64,000 nucleotides of DNA, taken from NCBI GenBank assembly GCA_965644265.1, contig OZ286462.1, positions 68,882,001 through 68,946,000 on the forward strand, given 5' to 3'. Both the position numbers and the translations under genes were made by a program. A model generated the notes under the pieces. That model worked only from the letters and a program-made list of their open reading frames with translations, made no database searches and was not told the DNA's origin. Every line of letters starts with the position of its first letter. Within the stretch, counting starts at the first letter, position 1. Source of the stretch: Glycera tridactyla (Eukaryota). This document shows positions 47,501 through 56,729 of this stretch, piece after piece.

Positions 47501-50500
47501 TCTCTACAGTGCAATAAGCTGGTACACACTGATTTTTATCAAAAATGTGGTATGGTGGGAAGTAAACGGAGAAAGTTTAGTCAGACCTTTTGGATATTCG
47601 GAGCTTTACTCTTCATCGGAAGTTTAGGATATGCACCAGTTCACAATCTGCTGGATGCCATGACGTATGCCCTTCTTGGTGAGGAGCGTCATAAATGGGG
47701 TAGACAGCGACTGTGGGGTACGATCGGTTTCATGGTGCTTGGAGTCTCTGCAGGAATTGCAATGGATGTTTATAGTGGAAGCAGTTCTCAAATCAACTAC
47801 ATGCCCTGTTTTATCATGTATATAATTTTCTGCTTTCTGGTTGGGATTATTACCCGTACTTACACCATATCCAGCAATATTGCTTGTTCACAAATGAGAA
47901 AGAACATTGGCACACTGCTCCGAAGGGTAGATATTGTATGCCTTCTCTTGGTTACTCTTGTCTTTGGCATATTCAATGGTCTGATTGAGACGTTTTTGTT
48001 CTGGCACCTTCAAACACTTGGTGGTTCACAGCTACTGCTGGGTTTGACCATGGTCTTCTCATGCATATTTGAGATACCTGCACTGTTCTTCGCTGGTAGA
48101 ATAATACAAGTCATGGGTGAGGTAAGTTTTGTTTCGATTCTGTATCATCTAAGTACATCACAGCACGTTCTTATTTGATATCTGTGTTTTATACAGCCAA
48201 GTGAGTGGCCAGTAAACTTATCCAATTTTCACAGTGCAACACATTGGCCAAAAGAAATGACCCAGTCGAATCCATGTTAATCAATCTCATGTTCACAGAC
48301 AATAGACAATAGACAATAGACATTTCTTTTATTACCCAGGCGACAACAGCAGATATACAATAAATGATATGATAACAATGACACGGAGTTCAGACCTTGG
48401 TCTGCTCCTTCAGCTGTGACCTGTGACAGGGTTACCGGTATCCTGTTCTAAACATTCTTTATACCAGAAATGGTACACTCACTGTCTATGAATGTCATAA
48501 ATCTCCATTCAGTTGGGACCTTTCAGCAGGCATCCCACATAATGTGGGTACCTACAATTTTTAGCAAATGCCAACCATCGAAGATTCAGCAGGTGTCCCC
48601 ATCAAAAGATTGTCTACAAGCTGAGGACATCTCCAAGCATGTCTCCGTCTGTAAGTGCGATAGATAGAAGATAGGAGATAGTGCATGTGCAAAATATAAC
48701 TCTTCATGGAACTATTGGGAGTATTTAGACATGTATGAATTGGGTGCATGCTAAGCCAGTGCATGCCAACTGGGATATAAAAGGACGACCACATAAACAT
48801 GCAGACATACATACAAACTAAAATGTGTCCCTAGCTCATTGAGTGGCAATGTGACGGTTATATTAATTTCTCCATTTCATTTATCCATATCGTGTTTCAG
48901 ATGAGCTGCCTGCACTTTGTCTGCGTGGCCTATTTTCTCAGATTTCTAGGTTACTCATTTCTGAGAAATCCATGGTGGGTGCTGGCTATTGAGCCTCTGC
49001 ACTGCATTACATTTGGCCTGATGCAGCCAGCGGTGACTGGGTATTGCAGCAGAGTCACCCCACCTGGCATGCATGGCACCATCCAGGGATTTATCAATGG
49101 TCTTTACTTAGGTTTAGGTGAGTATATGTATTTATTTGTTAGGCCTAGGTGTATCAATCCCAGATAGGATACCCTGTTGGTTTCATCTTATGTAGGTAGA
49201 TAGGAGAAATGCATCCTGAATGATAACTTTGGGTTTCTCTAGATGATCGAAAGAGCAGGCTGTCGCATTCCAGGAACCAAATCAAGCTGTGATCAATTCA
49301 CTCCAAAGTTTTGCAGGAAAGGGGGTAGTTGGTAGGATCAACTAGATCCTTCCCTGATTTGGCAATCGTCATTATGATGGCCTTTCGCCAAAATAAAGGA
49401 AATTCCTCTGAGATCCAAGAATATTACCAATAATTCTGCGAGATGATTGAATAACTCACTATCTGTGTATTTCATGATTTTCCACACCTTCCGTTGGGGA
49501 CACGAAAGCAGTCATGAATGCATGATCCCAGCCATGGGCGTCTCAATATAGCACATGGACGTGAAACAATCAACCAATCAGTCTGCCAAACCTAGAATGT
49601 GCCATCTAAATGTATGTTTAGTTTCAAGAACACTCCATTGTCCATTCGTGAATATACTTGTGAGCTGTGAACACCTGTTTAAGGGGTTGTTTGTCGTGGA
49701 TTCGACTGATGCCAAAGCTTTGAGCCGGAGAGAACAAAGTCAAATTATTTCATTGACACTTGCTTTCTAGTATTGTTCAGAGACATCATCACGAAGTCTA
49801 GCTTATTTGTGAGATAAAAGGGGCACAGAGGGCCCAGACATAAAAATGTCCCATTCACAATCGTAAATGTATGACCCAAGCTAAAAGTTCGCGAGATACA
49901 TTGACTAAAAACTTGTATGATGTTTGAATATGCTTTTGTCACTATTGTTTATATGATCTCATTTGGCGTTTGATTTTTGGTGTTTGATTTTTGTTATCAT
50001 ACTTGGGAATATCCTGGACATTTGGGCCTCGGTCACTACCACGGGACAGACCATCTAGCTTTCATGCACCAGATACACGCAATGCATTACCAATACATGC
50101 CATTAAACCTGAACAAAACAACACACAATACACATATTCCTCTGGATTGATACATGATTGGTTGGTCGGGTTCAATGTCATGTCAGCTCCATATGTGCTA
50201 TATTGTGACGCCTATGCAATGGGCATGGGTGGGATCATACCAGACTCCTCCTTCTGGGTCCCTAATAGAAGGCGAAATTTCATGAAATTCACAGACACTT
50301 GAGGTGTCACTTCTGGGTGTGCCGTTAAGGCCCTCGAATCCCTGCTTCAAGGATTTCTGATTCTCTATGCTGAATCAACCAGGAGTACATTCCCAGCTTC
50401 ACCAAAGCTCAAGGGCCCATATTATTTAGCCTGACCTGACACTTCACTACAATCTGGGGAACCAAAAAGTGAATGCTTAAGACAGGTGGCTGCTTAATAA

Positions 50501-51534
50501 GGTGAATATCACTGATTGCACATTTTGCTCATCTTTGTAGGCAAGGGATGTGGTTCATTACTTGGTGGTATACTATTCGAGAAATATGGTGCTTATGTGA
50601 CTTTTATGAGTCATAGTGTGGCATCCATAGTTCTCCTTGTGTTTCATGGAGCCTCCCATCTTAACCAACTTTGGTGCACTACTCGAGATGTCAGCACCAG
50701 TGGCAAACAGGATCCAGATGTGGAAAGAGACATTACAGAAGTGAAAGGTATTTATCAATGGAAGAATTTGAAGTTGCGATAGCATTGCACTGGAATTTTC
50801 CCATTCAGAAATGAAGATGAAGAATCTGAAGTAAATTGGGTCTCTGCCTCAGTATTCTGGATTATTCGGGGACTTCTATCCGAAAATCCAGATCGATTCG
50901 ATACATTTCAAAATGTGCGCCAAACCGCCTCTCGTCAAATTCACACCTTAAGGAGTGATGCAATTTCCTCATTTCCAGATGTTTGATAGTGCATCAAATG
51001 GTATCCCCCACCCAAGAATTCAGAATTGGTCCTCACCCCATCCCAGCCCATCCACCCCCAGTATCTAAATGGAGTAACCTCCAGGATATTTGGAAGCGAA
51101 AAGATGTTTGTGGTCTATGAAGGAAAGTGTGAATATGACCATCATATTTGCTGTCATAGGCGGAATAGAACAATGGGATTATTTGGAAAAAGCGGAAAAT
51201 AAACATGCAGTGAAGATAACATTCTATACAGAGTTGAGGACAAGTACTGCTTCTCATTTTCAAGTAGGGGCGGGCATATGAAATATGAGCCCAACAAGCC
51301 TAGCGCACTTGCTCTTTGGATTCTGGTCCTAGCAGAAAAGTTTAACAATGCCCCACCAGTGCCTTAATATTTGGAAATATACATCTGAAATAGACCCATG
51401 TTTTTGTTGCAGAGTTCTTGCCATCACACGAGAAGGAAGATTGGGATGAAACTCCGAAGCCTGTTCCTGATACTCATGGCAACTTGGATGATGTTTTCAT
51501 TTCAACTACATGCTCTGATCCAGTAGATTGCTAA
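44599..51534 (+). CDS. MFSD6: MFSD6-like MFS transporter, copy 4 (intact, ~638 aa)
   Basis: Exons 44599(or 44605)-44680, 46833-48121, 48901-49117, 50541-50747 and 51413-51534; GT-AG, 1911 nt from ATG 44605, in frame. Exon sizes 76/1289/217/207 are identical to copy 3. Confidence 0.9.
44753..45298 (+). repeat. 182-bp tandem triplication in a copy 4 intron
   Basis: TACTGTATGATTCCACAGTGAA at 44753, 44935 and 45117; single copy in the paralogous introns (~12715-12900, ~34230-34420). Confidence 0.9.
45549..45758. mobile_element. MITE with TIRs and internal 18-bp repeats
   Basis: Left CAATGAACTTGTCTATAAAGACCACC vs right (rc) CAATCAAACCTGCTCTAAAGACCACC; GAGGTGGTCTTTATAGA repeated 4-5 times; TA on the right flank. 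Confidence 0.65.
46455..46612 (-). mobile_element. 170-bp SINE-like element, diverged (paralogous to 35642-35745)
   Basis: Reverse-strand head (AACATTTATGAAATTCAGGAACTCAAGG) and GGTT/GTTT tail. Confidence 0.55.
49455..49582 (+). mobile_element. 170-bp SINE-like element, diverged
   Basis: CACCTTCCGTTGGGGAC..ATGGGCGTCTCAATATAGC..GACGTGAAACAATCAACC. Confidence 0.65.
50155..50310 (-). mobile_element. 170-bp SINE-like element
   Basis: Reverse complement GTGACACCTCAAGTGTCTGTGAATTTCATG..GGGACCCAGAAGGAGGAG..CCCATTGCATAGGCGTCACAATATAGC. Confidence 0.85.
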
Positions 51535-51882
51535 ACCACGCTTTCACAGCCACTTATCTAGTGAGAGCCATCCATGCCCCCATCTGCCATCTGCTAATGG
51601 GAGCAACATGATTACCTCAATAGAAATATATATTCTGTTGTCTAATATCAATATGAACTCACAAGTGATGAGAGTCAAATATGTCTTATGGATCAACACC
51701 CATTGTCATATTTTCCACACTGTAATACTTTTCTCTAATGAGTAATAGGTCATTAATGGACAGACTGCAATAAGTCTACTGATAGAAAAATCTCCCTGAT
51801 GCTGTACAAGACCCTAATCTTGCCTCTTTTTGTCTATGTAGAGAAGAACAGTTTGCGACATGATGTTTTCTCGGCAGAAGCT

Positions 51883-52364
51883 GTTTGTTTTGTTTGTTTG
51901 TTTGTTTGAGGCTTAACGGCATGTATCAACCCACAGGATTATGTATGCCGTGTATTCCTGGTTAATGAAAGTTAGATGTTCTCTCCCCTGCAGACATCAC
52001 TCTCACAAACCCTGGACACAAGATGATGGGGAACCTGAAAGGTTGTCAAGTGGAAGTAGCTGACAGTTCAGACACACCTCTACCCACTCTTCATGAACAG
52101 AGTGAATCTAATGATGGCATATCTAACTATGTAACTGGCTGGAAGCTAACACTCAAGCCTGATAACAATGCTTTTTTTTTGCAAAGCACAGCACTTGACA
52201 CTAGGAAAAGCATTAGATTCGGAGAATACTCGACCAATGTGTTCAATTACAAACTGTCAACTTCAAGCCAGCTTTACAATCATGGTATGCCCTATGCTCA
52301 CAGTACAATGCCATCACACAACCTAGTAACCTAGTCGCAGCCCTAGTGACCCAGAACTGGTGTG
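51883..52364 (-). mobile_element. ~480-bp non-autonomous retroposon with (CAAA)n tail (element E), uninterrupted copy
   Basis: 51883-52262 is the reverse complement of 54516-54864, and 52262-52364 matches 56371-56469. Tail-only remnants occur at ~3600-4071, ~10845-10935 and ~37455-37510. Confidence 0.75.
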
Positions 52365-52623
52365 CCTGGTACCCGCTTTTTGCATAGTGACAATATCTGC
52401 TACAGGCAAACCGTCAGCTACCTACACCTGAGACCATTTCACTGAAGAGATAAGAAAGAGCTTAGCGGGATAGGAAAGAGTGAAAAAACATGGCTCTGCA
52501 CTACATATGAAATAAACCCAGACGATATAATACAGAAAAGGCGCACGAGGGGCTTAGTTTACAAACAGTAGAGGAACGATGATCATACTATGAGCTAACC
52601 CATGTAGATAAATATTAGTTGGG

Positions 52624-52975
52624 AGATACTGAGCTGTCTCTATGCAATCTAAAGATACTGAGCTGTCTCCATGCAATCTAAAGATACTCAACTGTCTCTC
52701 CATGCAATCTAAAGATACTCAACTGTCTCTCTATGCAATCTAAAGATACTCAGCTGTCTCTCTATGCAATCTAAAGATACTCAGTTGTCTCTATGCAATC
52801 TAAAGATACTCAGCTGTCCCTCTTTACAATCGTAAGATACTCAGCTGTCTCTCTATGCAATCTGAAGATACCCAGTTGCCTCTATGCAATCTAAAGATAC
52901 TCAGCCGTCTCTCTATGTGATCTAAAGATACTCAGTTGTCTCTCTATGCAATCTAAAGATACTCATTTGCCCCGT
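52624..52975 (+). repeat. 29-31-bp minisatellite, ~11.5 units
   Basis: AGATACTCAGCTGTCTC(TC)TATGCAATCTAA head-to-tail with no spacers. Confidence 0.95.
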
Positions 52976-53092
52976 TTGGACGCGCTTCCCATCTAGGCGC
53001 GCCGTGAGGGGGGCGCGGCACAGCACCTGTCAATTAAAAAAGACGCAGCTGCGGAACCCAGGTGGTGGAGACTGCAGTAGACGGACCACATT

Positions 53093-53324
53093 NNNNNNNN
53101 NNNNNNNNNNNNNNNNNNNNNNNNNNNNNNNNNNNNNNNNNNNNNNNNNNNNNNNNNNNNNNNNNNNNNNNNNNNNNNNNNNNNNNNNNNNNNNNNNNNN
53201 NNNNNNNNNNNNNNNNNNNNNNNNNNNNNNNNNNNNNNNNNNNNNNNNNNNNNNNNNNNNNNNNNNNNNNNNNNNNNNNNNNNNNNNNNNNNNNNNNNNN
53301 NNNNNNNNNNNNNNNNNNNNNNNN
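53093..53324. other. Assembly gap
   Basis: Run of N. Confidence 1.
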
Positions 53325-53403
53325 GAGGGGTCGGATTGGACATGATGGGACCACATGGGTCATGTTTGTGTCACATGGGCAGTTTGGTGTCACTTGGCAG
53401 GTA
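53325..53403 (-). repeat. Partial unit of the 174-bp satellite
   Basis: Reverse complement of TACCTGCCAAGTGACACCAAACTGCCCATGTGACACAAACATGACC.. from the 61722-63576 array. Confidence 0.9.
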
Positions 53404-54035
53404 CCAGACACACCGGACGCACCTGACGCACCGGACACACCTGACGCACTACTTCCAGAATGCGTAGACTTCTCAGAATGTCCGGACGAGATAACTCTCT
53501 TAGGGCCATCCATCGACCGGAAACTCTTACTGACTGAAGCCTCACTCCTTTCTGTCTGACCGCGGTCCCTCTTTACCAGACTCTCGGGCAGACAGACAGA
53601 CGGAAGACTATCTGAAACTGGGGAAGGAGAGGTCTCCATTCTAACTTCACCGGACATCTGTTTGGTCTTAGACAATCTCTTCCAAGATTTGGGACCTACT
53701 ACCTCCCTAGTCACTGAAGCTGGTCTAGTAACCCTAGTTCTAGCAAGCGGACTAAACTCAGCTTGGGGACGAGCCGAGGAGCACCTAGAAGACTCAGATA
53801 CTTTCTTCTCAGTTTTGGACTTGAACTTTGACTTATAAGTCCTTCCACCGACATGTTTCTTCCACTGCTCTGGAGTCCATGAGGTACAAACATTGCACAG
53901 CACTTCATCCACTCCAGCCTCCCCACATGAACCTCCACATGGACGACATGAGGGGCAAACAGGATGATCGTCCCATACTGCAAGATAATGGCCGCAAAGG
54001 CCTCTTTTTAGCGACTTGTGACGTTCTGTAGACAT
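53403..54035 (-). mobile_element. DIRS-like ORF1 (gag) N-terminus
   Basis: MSTERHKSLKRGLCGHYLAVWDDHPVCPSCRPCGGSC..CNVCTSWTPEQW, a Cys/His finger resembling the N-terminus of DIRS ORF1 proteins (recognised from memory, not searched), followed by a Ser/Arg-rich tract. RT and YR are not visible. Confidence 0.55.
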
Positions 54036-54319
54036 GACCTGAAATGATATGAAATTCACAGACTCACAAACGGACAAATCCGATCAGGTCATTTCAAAGG
54101 TTATCTGAGGTCACGATATCTGTCAACTCAACACAAAGTTCACTATTTCTGTACAAGCAAATACAAAGCGTGGACGCCGAATGCAGCGGAACACAGCTAA
54201 GATGCTTATAAAATGGTACACATAAGCTCGAAAGCGGGCGCGATGACTTTACCTATTTATTTCGGTAAAACACTATGAGGATATCAAAACCTCCGTTATC
54301 GCAAAGCGAAACCGAAAAA

Positions 54320-54515
54320 TACAAGTTGCGCAGGCGCGCGTTTGTTTACGTTGCGAGCTTAGTTCTGCCGGTTTGCACGGGGAGCACTGTGATAACGGAG
54401 GGAAGGATCGTGACATCTGAGAGAAAGATTTTTAATTGTTATTAAAAGTTCGAAGTGGGCGATTCAATGAGAATGAATGCATAATTTGATGGAGAAACCA
54501 GGTTATGTGTTAACT
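54320..54515. repeat. Putative left terminal repeat of the DIRS-like element
   Basis: ~195-bp repeat of 56140-56333. Confidence 0.6.
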
Positions 54516-54864
54516 TTGACAGTTTGTAATTGATCACATTGGTCGAGTATTCTCCGAATCTAATGCTTTTCCTTGTGTCAAGGGCTGCGCTTTGCAAAAA
54601 AAAAAGCATTGCTTCCAGCCAGTTACATAGTTAGATATGCCATCATTAGATTCACTTTGTCCATGAAGAGTAGGTCGAGGTGTGTCTGAACTGTCAGCTA
54701 CTTCCACTTGACAAGCTTTCAGGTTCCCCATCATCTTGTGTTCAGGGTTTGCGAGAGTGATGTCTGCAGGGGAGAGAATATCTAGCTTTCATTGACCAGG
54801 AACACACGGCATACATAATCCTGTGGATTGATACATGCCGTTAAACCTCAAACAAACAAACAAA
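54516..54864 (+). mobile_element. Element E, 3' part with tail
   Basis: Inverted copy of 51883-52262; ends (CAAA)n next to CCAGTTCCA. Confidence 0.8.
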
Positions 54865-54873
54865 CCAGTTCCA

Positions 54874-56139
54874 AATCCTGCGTAGGTCTGAGTATCAACT
54901 TCATTTCTCTATTCCACATAAATACCTTTTTGGCTAGTCCATGGTCTTCCATTTTGTGATTCTGACATGGTACCGTACAATTTCAGTCCATCTTTCATAC
55001 TCCATTGGCAGGAGGTCCATTTCTAAATGTGTAGCTGCGAGAGGGGTATACCTGTACACACCTAGGTAAAATATGGCAATATGATTTTGTAGTACCTTGG
55101 GTCCTGGGTATTCCGGAAAGCCCCACACTGCTTTATAAAGAGAGCAATAGGTATTGTCACCCATGTTTCCTATTTTCTTGAAGATGTTCACAATTCTCCC
55201 AAATGACCTGCCCACAGCGGCATTGAGGACTTCGACTGTTTTGGTTCTGGACAGTTATTGATTTACCCAGCAACCCAGGTACTTATAATTGTCCACATAG
55301 GACAGAGAGAAGTCGCCTAGTTTGAGATTTGTTGGGCATTGTGGGCGTTGGAGGTTCCTCACGTGGACCACCTGGCTCTTCTTTGGATTCACTCTCATAC
55401 CCGATTTTTTGCACCAGTCATTCAGTACATACAATGCAACCTGAGCTTCAGAGCTCGTACCATTCATCAAAACAATGTTGTCCGCATACATTAGAAGACT
55501 GAGTTGGTCTTTACCAAACTTGATTCCTTGTTCCATGTCATTGATGAGTATCGTGAGATCGTTAATGAAGAGGGCGAATAAAATCGGGGATAGAGAGTCA
55601 CCCTGTATGACCCCGGATTTGGCGGGGAACCAGTCTGACAATTTTCCTTTAAGGCGGACACAGCTGAGGGGGTTCTTGCATATGGCCTTGATAGACTTAT
55701 ATAACTTTCCAGAGATACCACTACACATCAGTTTATAAAACAAAAATTCATGGTCAACGTAGTTGAAGGCCTTCTGGAAGTCAATAAAAGAGCAGAATGT
55801 TTCCAGGTTCTCATTCTAACGTATGCGCAGAATATTATCAAGTGTAAAAATGTGGTCGAGGCAGGAGCGATCCGGCCGAAAACCGTTTTGCTCATTCGCA
55901 AGTATTGACTCTTTCCAGAAGACCTCCGACACGTTAAGATATACGATATAAGACCAGTATAGAGTTTGCTAATGACAGATAGCAAGCTAATACCTCTATA
56001 ATTGAGCAGTACCCTCGGGTCACTACTGGCAGACTTTGGTATGGGATTAATTATAGCCTTACTCCACATAGAAGGGATACAATAATTGCTGAGGCAAGCG
56101 TTGAAGAAAGATTGAAGGACAGTGTATATTGTTGTTATT
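54874..56139 (-). mobile_element. Degenerate non-LTR retrotransposon RT (clade unresolved)
   Basis: FFNAC..PSMWSKAIINPIPK..NYRGISLLS..GVIQGDSLSPILFALFINDL..LMYADNIVL..YKYLG; frameshifts, stops and YADD>YADN. Confidence 0.85.
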
Positions 56140-56370
56140 TACGAGTTGCGCAGGCGCGTGTTGGTTTATGTGGCAAGCTCAGTTCCGCCGGTTTGCACGG
56201 GGAGCGGTGTGATAACAGAGGGAAGGATGGTGACATCTGAGAGAAAGATTTTTGAATGTTTTCAAAAGTTCGAAGTGGGCGATTCAATGAGAATGAATGC
56301 ATAATTTGATGGAGAAGCAGGTAAGTGTTAACTCCCAGGTTAGCAAGCAAACCTGGGGGGGGAGGGGGTT
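56140..56370. repeat. Putative right terminal repeat of the DIRS-like element with a 37-bp extension
   Basis: 56140-56333 repeats 54320-54515; 56334-56370 contains the hairpin CCCAGGTT..AACCTGGG. Confidence 0.55.
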
Positions 56371-56478
56371 CAAGTCAGCTTTACAATCATGGAAAGCCCT
56401 ATGCTCGCAGTACAATGCCATTACACAACCTAGTAATCTAGTCGCAGCCCTAGTAACCCAGAACTGGTGTGGAACTGG

Positions 56479-56729
56479 ATCAGAGTGAAAGAAACCTCAC
56501 ATGACCAACCACCTATTGGTGGCATATTGCTGAGAAACAGAACGAGAGTAAAATGGAAGGACACTGCACACAACAAGCCGAAATTACGAACGTACAAGTA
56601 AAAGACTTCAGGCCTATCATGATGGTGCAGTCCAACATGACTCGCAACCAAAGAAATATCCTTTCTGAATTCTTGTGCGGTATTCTTCCATTAGAGATTG
56701 AAACTGGCCGATATGTTGAAAAGAAGGTG
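56479..56729 (+). mobile_element. C-terminal piece of the same LINE, opposite orientation
   Basis: KWKDTAHNKPKLRTY..QRNILSEFLCGILPLEIETGRY; begins right after TGGAACTGG (56470-56478). Confidence 0.75.

Noticed and set aside
52624-52975. CRISPR-like periodicity (also the 62-bp array at 33270-33760)
   Set aside because: Units are head-to-tail with no unique spacers, there are no cas genes, and the context is eukaryotic.
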